A stretch of 64,000 nt of DNA from Priapulus caudatus (Eukaryota). The notes below the pieces were generated by a model that saw only the letters and a program-made list of their open reading frames with translations, did no database searches and was not told the DNA's origin. Position numbers and translations under genes: made by a program. Below are positions 1-12,952 of this stretch, in pieces (positions within the stretch are counted from its first letter, which is position 1; each line of letters begins with the position of its first letter). The stretch lies in assembly GCF_000485595.1 (NCBI RefSeq), contig NW_014577067.1:312564-376563 (forward strand). Reading direction: 5' to 3'.

Positions 1-2
1 GC

Positions 3-317
3 GCTGGATGGCAGTTCCCTGTCGGACGTATCCATCGTTTGCTACGAAAAGGCAACTACGCCGAAAGGGTTGGTGCTGGCGCTCCGGTCTACCTGGCTGC
101 CGTCGTCGAGTACCTGACCGCCGAAGTGCTCGAGTTGGCCGGCAACGCTGCCCGCGACAACAAGAAGTCCAGAATCATCCCACGTCACCTGCAGTTGGCG
201 ATCCGCAACGATGAAGAGTTGAACAAACTTCTATCCGGAGTGACAATCAGTCAAGGAGGTGTCCTGCCTAACATTCAAGCTGTCCTCTTGCCAAAAAAGT
301 CTGCAAAGGCCCACTAA
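3..317 (+). CDS. H2A: Histone H2A, 5'-truncated by the window edge
   Basis: Frame from nt 3 reads [104 protein letters not shown]; no intron. Confidence 0.97.
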   Translation, partial: AGWQFPVGRIHRLLRKGNYAERVGAGAPVYLAAVVEYLTAEVLELAGNAARDNKKSRIIPRHLQLAIRNDEELNKLLSGVTISQGGVLPNIQAVLLPKKSAKAH

Positions 318-366
318 GAAGTTTGCCGTTAGGAACCAAGCTGTAGGCCGTACCAGTAAAACCACC

Positions 367-403
367 GGCCCTTTTCAGGGCCACCATTTCTTCCCAGAAA
401 TGA
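367..403 (+). promoter_or_regulatory. Histone mRNA 3' stem-loop and putative histone downstream element
   Basis: GGCCCTTTTCAGGGCC (367-382) followed by ACCA, then purine-rich CCAGAAATGA about 12 nt further on. Confidence 0.93.
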
Positions 404-843
404 TCTCTACGTTGCATACGTTTTGACCGATGACTTGCTACAGTAAATTATAATCGGCGACCCTAGCCTAGGCTATAATACTATAGTGACAAGTTTTAGA
501 ACATTTTGGAAAAACATTTGAAATATAACCACAAGATACTAGGTTACTGCGACTATAGACTGTGTCCCCGCACCGAAAACCGACCGATCAGTCAAAAAGT
601 GTATCGTCGATAGTGTAACATCGATAAATAGCATTTTAGTTGCAGCTAAAAGCACGACAGGACATGAATTCTGAAATGACAATGAATTGTTGACATAATT
701 ATACTGTCATATAGGATCGATGAATATTACTAAATGTAAAAAGTAACATGTAATCGGAGGTGAGCGCCGAAAGAGTGAGCATAACATATCAGGACACATA
801 AAACGGTATTGCTAGGGTTAGAATACCAGACATACCGTCTTCC

Positions 844-916
844 GCTCTCTCTCTTTCTCTCGCTCTCTCTCTTTCTCTCGCTCTCTCTCTCTCTTTCTCT
901 CGCTCTCTCTCTCTCT
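844..916. repeat. (CT)n microsatellite
   Basis: Direct reading. Confidence 0.9.
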
Positions 917-1401
917 ATTGGTTTGTCAACAGGTATTGACGTTAGTCACACAGCCTGGTCGGGTTACAGGACACAATGTGAGATGAAACAGAATAAAATT
1001 GTAAAACCTTTTATTAAAACATTTAGAGCATTAACAGATTAACATAAAACAATTATGTTAATATTTTGATACAATTTGGATATGATGGATATTTTTTGAA
1101 TGAAAACAGGCGATAAATTAACATAACATTCTCACACAAATTTGATAAAATATTGGCACAAGTATAATTGTTGTAATCTGATATTAATGCATAAATAATA
1201 AATATAACAGAGAAATAATTAACAAACACATTTTAGAACAATTAGGATAAGATCTGTTTAAAAATAAACATGATAGGAATGCGGCAATAGCAAAACATAA
1301 TATCACATAAGAAATAAAATGTTATGATAGTTACAATCAAATATTGCGCAATTAGGATAAATCATTATCAGACGTAAAATTAAAGTCGTGTTTTTGGCTG
1401 G

Positions 1402-2487
1402 GTCTCTCTCTCCCCTTCTCAACCACCTCGCCATCTTTCTTTCTCGTGCTCGCGCTCTCTTTCCCTCTCTCTGTTGCTCTCTTTCGTGTCATCTCTTCAC
1501 TATCTCCTTCCCACCGTCTTGCTCTCTCATTTTCTTACGATCTCGTCTCTTTGCTCTCGTCAGCTTTCTCTCTGCTCTCTCTCTCCTCTCTCTTTCTTTC
1601 ATTGTCCCTATCTCTTGTCGCTCTCGTTGTCTTTCTCTCTCTCTCTCTCTCTGTCTTCTTGCTTTCACCTGATTTCTTCTCCTCTTCGTGCCCTGTCTTT
1701 CTCTCTTATCTCCTCTCTCCGTCCTCCCCTGTCTGTCTATTTGCACGCACTCTTCTCTCTCTCTCACACACGTATTGCTCTCTCTCTGCTTTTTCCCTTA
1801 CTCCCCGCGCACCTCTCTCGTCTCTCTCTGGTCTCTCGTCGCCTCGTCTCTCTCCTCTCTCTCTCTCTCTTCTCTCTCTCTCTTCTCTCTCTCGGCGCCG
1901 CTCTCTTCTCTCTCTTGTGCTCTGCGTGGCGCCTCTCGGGGTCGTCGTGCGTGCTGTGTGCTGTCGTCGGCGGTGCTCTTCGCGTCTCTCGTCTCTCTCG
2001 TTTTCTCTCTTTGCTCTCTCTCCTCTCTCTCTCTCTCTTTTCTTTCTATCTCTCATTCTCTCTCTTCTCTCTCCCTCTCTCCGTCTCTGCTCGTCTCGTC
2101 GCTTTGCGGGCCCGCTCGTCTCTCTCTGCGCGTCTCTCTTTGTCTCTCGTCGTCTCTCGTCTCTCTCTCTCGGTTCTCTTCTCGATTCTGGCTTTTCTCT
2201 GCGTCTGCTCTCGTCGGCTTCGTCGGAGTTCTCGCGTCATCTTCGTCGCTCTCTCTCTTTCTTTCACTCTCTCTCATCTCTTTCGCTCTCCCCCCCCCTC
2301 TTTCTCGCTCTTTCTTCTCTCTCTTCTCCTCTCTCTCGTCTCTCTCTCTCTCTTCTCTCTCTCTCCTCTGCGCGCTGCGGCTCGTCTCTTTCTCTCGCTC
2401 TCTCTCTCTCTCTTTCTCTCGCGCTCTCTCTCTCGCCTTTCTCTTCTCTCTCAGCTCTCTCTCTCCCCCTCTCTCTCTCTCTCGTTT

Positions 2488-2524
<37 letters not shown>

Positions 2525-3125
2525 CTCTCTTTCTCCTCTCTCCGTCCGGTCTTTCTTCTCGTCGTCGGTCCCTCTTCTCTCATCTCCTCCTCTCGCTCTG
2601 CTCTCGCGCTCTCTCTCTGCTCGTCTGTCTCTCTCTCTCTCTCTCTCCATCGTTATGGCGCGCGCGCTCTCTCTCTCTCTCTCTCTCTCTGCTCTCGCTC
2701 TTTTATTTCACTCTCTCTCCCGCTTGCGCTCTCTCTCTCCTCTCTCGTCTCGTCTGCTCGTCTCGTTTCTCTCTGCTCTCGCCGCGGCGCGCTCTGCGCG
2801 TCTCTCTCTGCTCGTCTCTCTTCTGCTTCTCTCTCTCTTTCTCTCTTCTCATATCTATCTCTCGGCTCTCTCTCTCTTCTCTCTCTCTCTCTCTCTCTCA
2901 CGACTCTCTCGCGCTTCTCTCTCTTGCTCTCTGGCTCTCTCTCTCGTTCTCTCTTGCTCTTCTCGTCTCTCTCGGTCGCTCGTCGTCTTTCTCCCCCGCT
3001 CTCTGCTCTCTCTCTTCATCTCGCTCTCTCTCGCTCTCTCTTGCGCTCTCTCTCTCTCGCGCTCTCTCTCTCCCCCCCTCTCTCTCTCTCTTTCTCTTTT
3101 GCTATCTTGCTCTCTCTCACGCGCT
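1402..3125. repeat. Long degenerate (CT)n tract
   Basis: About 1.7 kb of pyrimidine-rich CT repeats; source of the spurious L/S- and R/E-rich ORFs. Confidence 0.92.
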
Positions 3126-4466
3126 ATCTCCATTTCTATTTATCTTATGCGTAAGAGTAGCGAGGATTTTGTGCGCTTATCAATGCTGCCATTTATCGTC
3201 GAAATAAATCGGGACGATTTATCGTTGGAATTTATCGTTTTGATTTATAGTTGAGATTTATCGTTATTATCTTGCGTTCACTGCGTTTAACTTAGTATAA
3301 AGACGTGGTCCTTCATGAACTGCCGTCCATAAGCCGCACACTTCTTCAGCTTCTCACAGAATTCTCGCTCGTCATACGATTGTATACAACCTCAGTACAC
3401 ACACAAATCCTGCACGCACCTTCCTAGAAGCCCAGCCGACACACTTTATTAAACACTTTTTTTATTTACTCCTGTTGGAATGCACGCCATTTTTGTTTTA
3501 ATTTTATCTCACGTCGTAGCAAAATAGGTGCTACCCTTGTCGCTTGATTTGACTCAAGCATTTGACTCCTATCCCCGCTAGAAATGATGAGGCGCAACAG
3601 GCCGTAATTCAAGTTATAACTATCATTATAATTCCGATTTGTTTCCGGCGCTTCATACGTAACAAAGTGAAATTGACAGCGCACAGATAATTATAAATTC
3701 TGTTGACTCGGCCATTTAATTACCGTTTATTTAGAAGATTTGCTGTATCTAAGCAAGTGCGATTCTAATGTTATGAAAGTGTCAAACTTATGTGTCAAAC
3801 ACGACTACGCGGCTTCTTGGTGTACTGTTTTTGCGGAATCTTACTCCTGCAATAGATGGCGCAGGAGATTTAAAGCGAAATATGTAGCCATGGAATGTAA
3901 AGCTGAAGCCTTCAACTTTACGCTCTCTGACGTAGCGGAGAAAGTTACGATTTTCCACCAAAGCGTGGCGCCTCTGTGTCCCATCAGTAGGGATTTACGA
4001 CGCGAAGGGGGAATGTGTGTAAGGATGGCTTATTACATTATAACATAATAAATTATACTAATATTATATATAATAAAGCTAGGCCATGTCATTTAACGCT
4101 ATATATGATCATATTCAAATGTAATTATAAATTAAATGTATAGCCTAGGCTAAAGCAAGGCACAGTCATGTAATCAGTAATTAGGAAAAAATATTATAGT
4201 ATTGTTCATGGCTTCACGCTGCAGCATTGGAGTATGGTGAACGTCTTTGCAAGGATCATCTCAACAGGAACAGGTCCTTTAGAAGTAATTGGCGAACTGC
4301 TCCCAGCGCTTCATGCGTAACAGAGTGAATCCGCGGCAGAGTGCATATCTTCCCATTTACCAACGTTTAATAAAAGAGCAATGACTCAAGTCACTTAGTC
4401 CAGCAAGCACTTTTCGTGAAATTTACAGTGCACAAAACGCCTGCTAGGATTACATCTTTATAGATT

Positions 4467-4469
<3 letters not shown>

Positions 4470-4544
<75 letters not shown>
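4470..4544. repeat. (TA)n microsatellite ending at an N
   Basis: Direct reading. Confidence 0.95.
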
Positions 4545-4545
4545 N

Positions 4546-5020
4546 AACCATAACCAGAACAAAAACCTTAACTCTAATCATCTCATGGTGACCAATGTGA
4601 TCGTCTTCTTAAAAAATTATACTCCAGTCGCGACTCCTATGCTCCAAGAGTTTTTAGCTCATCAATGTATGGCTTCAACACTTAAACATTATTATCATTC
4701 CAAATATACATATACGCGGATGTAGTTACCCTTGCCCCGCCAGCTCTTTCCTTGTAAGCGGATGTGTGGCTGCCATCCCATATAGCAAAAGAAGCTACAT
4801 CCGGTTACAAGAAAAGAGCTGGTGGGGCAAGAGGAACTACACTAGCGTATATGTATATTTGGGATGATAATAATGTTTAAGTGTTGAAGCCAAATTGTAA
4901 TTGATGAGCTAAAATCTCATGGAGCATAGGAGTCGCGACTGGAGTATAATTTTCTAAGAAGACGATCACATTGGTCACCATGAGATGATTAGAGTTAAGG
5001 TTTTTGTTCTGGTTATGGTT
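4546..5020. mobile_element. Foldback/MITE-like element with ~220-bp inverted arms
   Basis: AACCATAACCAGAACAAAAACCTTAACTCTAATCATCTCATGGTGACC... (4546-4765) is the imperfect reverse complement of 4797-5020; the left end abuts an N so no TSD can be seen. Confidence 0.8.
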
Positions 5021-5277
5021 AGCGTTAGAAGTAAGGTACTCGATCATAATCCTAGGTATAACATTACCTTCCCACTTGAAAGCAAACTGACGATTCTCGG
5101 CTTTTCAGCGGATTCTGTACAATCATAGATAATGGGCGCACACACATTTTTAGACCTAATGTTATGTGTAGTGTACGTTGTGTGCATTGTGCAGTATGTG
5201 TTATATACAGACGATTGTGTAAGGAACAAATAGACATGCATGTGCGATTGGAAATGTGTTGACCGCTTGGTCTAGAC

Positions 5278-5600
5278 CAGTGGTTCCCAACCCTTTGGAC
5301 TCCCCGTACCCTTAATTTTTTTACACTATCTCCTGGTACTCCTTCGCCCACCATAAGCAAAATGAAGAACCAACACTGATGTATTGACATGAATATTTTG
5401 ACGTCATGTTTATGTTTTATTAATGCAGTCGCACGACGAATTTTTCCAATCAAGCCGATGTCGATAGAGATGCCTGAATCACCCGTTGTTTATTATATAG
5501 CACAACTTTTTTTAAATTGTCTAAGAGGCTTCCCAGGTACCCCCTGTGGTGTTCACTGGTACCCCCATGGGGTACTAGTACCCCCGGTTGGGAACCAGGG
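5278..5600. mobile_element. hAT (Charlie-type) MITE
   Basis: TIRs CAGTGGTTCCCAACC / GGTTGGGAACCAGGG; perfect 8-bp TSD GTCTAGAC at 5270-5277 and 5601-5608, matching the NTCTAGAN target preference. Confidence 0.92.
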
Positions 5601-6796
5601 GTCTAGACATTGGTATGGTTTCCGACCTGTAACGAGAAAGCGGAGATCATTATACTAAGTACAGACGCACGGTACATAGGACACACGGTCTTCCTACTGT
5701 GAGTAGATAATGATAATAATATAAACCTTCTCAACCAGAGAAGCACATTTTCAAGAAATACAGTTCTTTTAGCCATATTATTCTAGCTGGTCCATTCGAA
5801 AAATGACGGATAGGATTGATTCCCTCTAAATAGATTTTCGGGTGATGTCGTGTTTGTAGGTAGTTGGATCGTTTTATGGATCATTTTTCCAGCATAAAAA
5901 ATCAACTAATTTTATTTAGCAGGCAGCCGAATGGATATTTCTTTTTAGACAAATTGCTCGATTTATAATGAAGGGATATTGCTAACGGAAACCATTCCAC
6001 GATTTGCTAATTTCGTAGTTTCGTGAATAAAGTTCAAACACGTGAAATATCTTTCAATCGCTCGTTTAATGGGGGAACATTCCGTCTACTACTTCTCATA
6101 AAAGCACTATTCATTTGTTAGAGCCATATAGTTTGATGGATAGACACAATGTGGTAACGGACTTTTCCAAAACCTTTGAATAATGCATGCGACGTGAATC
6201 ACCATAGTTGACACAAGATTTCAGAATCGTGTATTCTCCTGGGTCCTCTGTATTACTGGGACAGATCACCCACAGCTAGACGCATCTGCAAAGGTTTTAA
6301 GCTTTTTTTTCAATTCGCGTGGATGGTTTTATTCTGCTGTATTAATCCGCATGATTCTACCGGACATTCGTAAGTCTAAATCCTTGAATGACATTAGACG
6401 ATCATCGTACTGGATTAGGATCGGTCTTGCAACGAGATTGCCTCGAGTTCCGCGAGTATACGTCATGATGGTGAGTGAGAGAAGAACTGGGGAAATGAGT
6501 AACGGTGCATGAGTAGTGTCGGAGGATGAGCCGTTGAGAGTCTAGTTTCGATTTTATTCCCTAAAAGGATTGGAGGCTCAGTATTTTCAGCCTAAATAAA
6601 ACCACAAGTACTAGTACTTCGGGCTTTTGTGAAGTTACGAACCATAACAAAATATTGTTGAAATTTGCTTGACATAAACATAAACGGATTTACTATAAAG
6701 CGATATAAACGTAGGAGCGATGTACTGGTTGCATGCATAATACATCAATCTTTCAGTAAACACATTGCAAGGATTATATCTTTCTCGATCTTATCG

Positions 6797-6800
<4 letters not shown>

Positions 6801-6833
<33 letters not shown>

Positions 6834-7645
6834 CTTCTCTCTCTTTCTTCTCTCATCTCTCGCTCTTCTCTCTTCTCCTCTCAGCTCTCCTCTCTTTCTC
6901 TTCTCTATCTATAAATCTATCATAATTATATATCTAATCTATCAATCTATCTTAACTCTATTCTATACTACTCTAACTCTAATATATCTAATCTACTCTA
7001 TCTAATCTACTCTTCTATCTATCTATCTAATCATCTATCTACTCTTCTATCTGATTCTATCTATCGTATCATCTACTATCTATCTATCTATATATCTATC
7101 TATACTATCTATTCTATCTATCTAGTCAACTCTATCTAATCCTATCTATCTATCTATCTATAACTACTCTATCTCACTATCTATCATATCATATCATCTA
7201 CTATCATACTCTCTCACTTTCCTCAATCTCTTCGTCTGTTCTCTTTGCTCTGTCTCGTTTAGTGCCGTGAGTGCCACACCGTGCGCGCGACACGCGGCGA
7301 TCTGTGTGTAGGTTCGCGCGCGCCGCCGCGGCGGTGTATGTGCTGTGCGCGTGTCGAGTCTGTGTGTGTGTGGATGTGTGGTGTGCTGTTGATGTGTTGT
7401 GGTTCGTGCGTGTGTGCCCCGTGGCTGTGTGTGGATGTTGTTGTGTTGCTGTGTGTCATAGTGGTGTGTTCGTAGTGTGTGCCTGTGTTGTCGGTGCAGT
7501 GCCGTGCGTAGGGGGTGAGTGACTGTGCGTGACGACGGCTGTGATGTCGTACGTGTGTGCCCCTGTGACGGTGGTGTGTGTCGTGTGTGGGCCTGCTGGT
7601 GGTGTGTGTGTGTGTGTGTGCGTGTACATGACCGTGCACGTGCGT
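6801..7645. repeat. Compound degenerate microsatellite (CT)n-(TCTA)n-(GT)n
   Basis: Direct reading. Confidence 0.88.
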
Positions 7646-7964
7646 GTATTATGAGACTATTTAAAATGATTTTTTCAAATTTCTTAAATTCGTTAGTTTC
7701 GCAAAAACTACATATATACACTTGACGCGATTTTGACACGTTAAACCTAAATTACATTGTCGCTTTACAGTTAAATTCGGGCTCTGCATCATTCATCTTT
7801 TGCTTGCTTTTCCATAATATTATCTTCTAAAATCAGCGCATCGCATGAGATGATCAGCACCGCCGTGGTCTAACCGACCACTTCTTCGTCCTCCAATACA
7901 TTATCTCCTAAACCCATAGAGGCGTGCTGCCTGGCCACGCACGCAGACGCGCAGCGCACAGGCC

Positions 7965-7970
7965 TATAAA
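7965..7970 (+). promoter_or_regulatory. Putative TATA box of the secreted-protein gene
   Basis: CTATAAAG in a GC/CpG-rich context about 570 nt upstream of ATG 8534. Confidence 0.5.
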
Positions 7971-8533
7971 GTAGCGTACTAACTAGGATGCAGCAGCAGC
8001 AGCAGCACACACCAACAGCCGCAGCAGTAGCAGTAGCAGTAGCAGCAGCAGCAGCAGCACACACCAACCAGCCAACACACGCCATACGCCTACACCACTC
8101 CGACCGTAGCCATCGATGCAATACGACGACGGCCCGCCCGCCCGTACGCACACACGCCACCGTCGAGTTGTCTCCAGAGACCGAGCGCTTGACTGACTAG
8201 TCGCTGGCTGCCAGCGCTGACGGCTAGACTGTCGATTTTTACGCGCATTATAATCGCCATTCGGTGATTTGATTTCGCACAACCTCGACGCGCCGCGCGA
8301 AATTAGGTCGTACGGCCGATAGGTGGCGCTTGCCCGGTGAAAACTCGGTCGCTTCCATATTCGCTCTTCGCACGCGCAGATCTCGCGTCTGCAAAGCGCA
8401 GTCATACTCCGGAATCGCACACCTTGCCTACGGTACGAACACTCACTGACTCGACTACGCAAGGAGCAGCGGCAGCGTCTTTCTCGTGTATATATATATA
8501 TATAGTCATCTGTAATTCGCGAGAGAGTACAAG

Positions 8534-8774
8534 ATGCGGTCACCGAGCACGTGGGAACTGGTGTGCATGTGCGCGGCGCTGTTGATCGGACTGACAGCGT
8601 GCAACCCGGCGCTGTCGACGCACGACGCCGACGGTGACGACGTTGACGATGAGGAGGTGCAGGTGATAGACCTGGACGAGTTGAGCGCAGCTGAGCTGCA
8701 GGGTCTGGCTCAGTTCTTCGGCGATGACTCGCACCCGATCGCGCCCATACGGCAACTCCAGCGACTGCTGAACG
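8534..8774 (+). CDS. Coding exon 1 of a secreted Soggy/Dkk3-N-terminal-like protein (signal peptide plus acidic region)
   Basis: AAGATG start; MRSPSTWELVCMCAALLIGLTACNP hydrophobic leader; acidic HDADGDDVDDEE; GC3-rich codons; donor G|GTAATG, phase 1. Confidence 0.75.
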
Positions 8775-10128
8775 GTAATGGTTGAAGCCTCCGCTCATTG
8801 AAACAGGAGTGACGAGGATGATTCAACGAACGCACGCACGTACGCACGCACATCCTATATATATATAGTGCGTGCGTGCGTGCGCGTGTGTGCGTGTGCG
8901 TGTGTGTGTATGTGTCGGTGCGTGAATGCTTGCTTGCTTGCGTGCGCGTGAGCGTGCGTAGGTCTGTGCGTGCGTATGTGCGTTGCATGTGTGCGTGTGT
9001 GTGTGCGTGCGGGCGAGCGTGCGCGTATAGCCTATAGGTATAAATATTGGTGCTGGGATATGGCGGCTTGACGGCTGGGAAGTAAGATGATGATAAGGAG
9101 TATAATGACTCATTCTTGGTATTTACTGATTAGCTTGCATGAAATGTCTAACGTTGAAAGTATCTGGTATACTGTATTCACATTGCAGTAACTGTAGTAG
9201 TAATAATAATAATGGTGTGCATATATATATAAATATATATATATATAGATATAGATATTATACATAATATGTGTGTGAGCGGTGTGGGTGCGCGTTTTCG
9301 TATACGTGTGTGTGGATGTACGCGTGCGTGTGCGGGCGCGTTTGCGCGTGTGTGCGCGTCTGTAATAAAAACTAATAACGGTGTAGCCTAATTTAAAGCG
9401 TAACTCGCTCTTTCCGATCAGGCTCCTAGAGCTCAATTCTGACTCCTTCTGCACACACACACTGGCAATGTTAACACTAGTAGGCGATAAAACTGAGCGC
9501 TAACATCATTCGCTCGTTACACCATGTATTCAGACTAGATAACCACCGTGGTCGCTTGCTAAGCGCTGGCGAAATTGGTGCCTTGAATTCTCTGCATCCT
9601 CGCGCGAATAGCCGTTGGCACTCCGACATCCTTCGATCATTACACTGCACTCCCAGCTGAAACGTAACTATTTCGAACAGCTCCGAATGACATACGGTTT
9701 AACCATTGTTTGCTAAATCGTGTTATTGATAATATCATTATTCAGTCGTGCATTTCTCCCGCCACGGCACCGTGTGGAACCGGGTAAATGCTGCCGGCAA
9801 CGCATATATGCCGGTCGCAAATTTACAGTTCGGATGTTGTCAGAGAGTACGGCGCTGGGCTCTCGCCGGCGGATATTTCTCGGCGCTGAGATGTGAGAAT
9901 TTCAAGTGGCTTCCCGCGAAGCAGAATTTTCTAGAGTGTTTTTGAAGGCGTCTAGTTCGCCTTTCTTGGATATTATTGCTTCGCTTTTAGCGGCGCCTGT
10001 ATTGACATACACACACGTCGTGAAAGAGACTCATTCTGCCTGGAAAACCGTTTGATGGCAAGAACATGGATTCTATTTACTCCGCACGAGAACATGTTTG
10101 ATTAACTTATGCCGTGTCATTTTTAAAC

Positions 10129-10193
<65 letters not shown>

Positions 10194-10648
10194 ATGGAAA
10201 AACGTTATGGTACGTACTACTATTAGTCATAACATTACATGCGTTAAACATTAAACGTTTGCATTACACTGTTATAGTAAAAGTTTGCAGAATATAAACA
10301 AATCATTCTGTTTGATAAACTTATGCTGTGTAATTTTTGTAAGTATTTATACTATCTAAATTCATCATGACACATAGGCCTAATACTATAAGTCATAAAC
10401 TCTCTAATTGAGACCTGTAAAATTTATTGATTTTTTGTCAATTTCTGTATATGGCTCAAACCAGGACAATTTTCTGCTTAATGTAATAATAATTGGTTTC
10501 ACGGCAATACGAACTTTGCAGACGAGTAAACACAGAGCTCACGTAGAGCCCGCGTCCGGGGTGTATACACGCGCATGCGCCACGTAAACTAATTACTAAT
10601 AATTAGCGTCAGTCATAAATAGCAATAACAATAACGATAATCATAATC

Positions 10649-10679
<31 letters not shown>

Positions 10680-11403
10680 CGTTATTGTTATTGCTATTAT
10701 TAAAGACAGTGGCAATAATAATATCACTCTTTCCTTGTTCTTAAATGAATAGAAATCGCGCGCGTTGTATGTTCGGTAGGAGAATGCCAGCCGCACAGGA
10801 CGAATATGCCGAGGGGCAGATATTAGATGATGATCCACGAGGCGATGTGATTAGGGGGATTGCGAATCATGTGCTCACAGCGTAAGAACAAATTTGAGTT
10901 TATCCTACAATATATAGATCTATGATTAAGCTAACTTCTAATTTCTTTTTATTTGTCCATCATCTTTTTATTATACTTTATTTTAAATTTTTATAACACT
11001 TTTGGCCCGTCACATATACAATCGCCAAAGCTATCGTCTTTGGGTACTGTGGAAAGTTTGCATGAGCAGCAGAAAATAACTATGACGCTCTTTTATGCTT
11101 CCCAAACAACGATCTATGAATCATATTTTGCCCATTTGGATCATAGCGACATGATAACTGTAGTAAAAGGGAAAGATAGTGAAACCTCAATCAAGCAGCA
11201 GCACTACGCGATGAGACGTATCTAGTCGTGAGTGTATATATACTGACACGGCTATAACTGATGGCCATCTATCAGACTGTCTGACAGCAGCAATGTATTA
11301 TTTATTGTCGTTATTATATATACACGATTCTAAACGAGGACGCCTGGTCACACGAAGGTCATGCGCGCGCACGCGTAGGATGTGCTGTGTGTGTGTGTGT
11401 GAC

Positions 11404-11434
<31 letters not shown>

Positions 11435-12095
11435 CTGCGTGCGTGCGTGCGTACGTGTGTGTGTGCGTGCGTGCGTGTGTGCGTGCGTGCGTGCGTTCCT
11501 GCTTGCCTATGCGCGCCTGCCTGAGTGCGCCAGCGTGTGTTCGTGTTATATAGGCGTGTGTGCGCGCGCACATAGGCGCGCAAGTGTATGCCTGTGCCTG
11601 GGGTGATTTACTCAAGACTGAATGAAATGATGAAGTCAATCAATCAGTAGAAAACACAGCTCGCTGACGGTTGCTGTAGTTTTAAATTTCTCTACGCCGA
11701 GAACAAACCCTAGGGAATAAATACTCCTAAAGTAATCAATTTTAACGATCTAAGTTAATAACTACCGTGCAAAGGGGATATAGTGTAGCCACATCTTATC
11801 ACGTACCAAATATTGTGAGAACGCATAACGAGAAAACTGTGTATATTATTATGATTACGAATATAATCACTTTTATTAATCAACTTAGTTCTAAAAAACC
11901 GGGAATGTAAAGAGAATCTGTAATTATAACCACCTGTATGCGAATTCCCGAGATTCATGGCCACGCGAGCGGAACGCTGGCAATGTATTCCAAAAAATTG
12001 CATGCTCTCTTACCTCGGTCGAGCCGCTAATATAACTATAGAGGTTTTGAACGCCATGTTTTTAAACTCATCTTCCTACACTTGGTGGTTTTACT

Positions 12096-12294
12096 CACTG
12101 GCAGCAAGAACCACTCCGCTGCAGCTACAGCACACACACGGCCTTTGTCTATATATGTTATATATATATAGATGTTAGATAATATATAGATATCTATAGA
12201 TTAGATAATATATAGATAATATATATAGATGTTATATATATACAAAGGCCGTGTGTGTGCTGTAGCTGCAGCGGAGTGGTTCTTGCTGCCAGTG
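12096..12294. mobile_element. MITE with ~53-bp perfect TIRs and a TA-rich core
   Basis: CACTGGCAGCAAGAACCACTCCGCTGCAGCTACAGCACACACACGGCCTTTGT and its reverse complement; 8-bp TSD GTTTTACT at 12088-12095 and 12295-12302. Confidence 0.92.
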
Positions 12295-12915
12295 GTTTTA
12301 CTTCGTGAAGGCGTACTACATGACTGAATGCTCATTACTAATAGGGAGGAAATTACTGTTTACACAATGGCACGGTCTATCCTTAGATAAATAGTATAAT
12401 AGTGAAGCGAACGATGTAGTAAACAATTTTCAGAGATCTAAACAGTTAATTATAGAGCAACATGCGAGAGTGTTGCGCAAGTATTGCTTTGATATGCGTG
12501 ATGTTTGAAATTAGGTCGAAATATAACAATAAAATATGCTCACAATCATGTAATTTTATCGTCAGTACCCGCCGCAACATTTTTCATATAAAAAGAAAGC
12601 GCGAGCGCTATCTGGCGGTTACTTTGATGAAATCTATTTTTTACCATGTAAAACCATCGGCCACGAGATTTGTGTTCTCTCCTGGGAGCCGTTCGCTCTT
12701 TCTGATCGTGCTTTCTATGACAGGCCGCCTGTCGTCAGCTTTACCTACCGAGCTTTTTATTGATAACGTTGCCCGATAGATCGCCGATGCGAAGGATAGA
12801 TGCCAGGGAAATGAAGTCGTATCGGTGATGAATCTTGGCTATGTGACTTTGTGAACAACTCTGCATCCATTTATCTTATCAATAATAGCGAGCACGACAC
12901 CACTGAGTTGCATAT

Positions 12916-12952
<37 letters not shown>

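Noticed and set aside
1388..3254. Long ORFs of 488-602 aa rich in L/S, and R/E-rich ORFs on the other strand
   Set aside because: Translations of a noisy (CT)n tract that lacks stop codons by composition
3290..3445. Possible degenerate coding fragment on the minus strand (YDEREFCEKLKKC...)
   Set aside because: Too short and interrupted to assign
7988..8200. PolyQ/polyA ORF as a transcription-factor N-terminus
   Set aside because: The ATG is only ~18 nt after the TATA box, the ORF derives from a triplet repeat, and no domain follows
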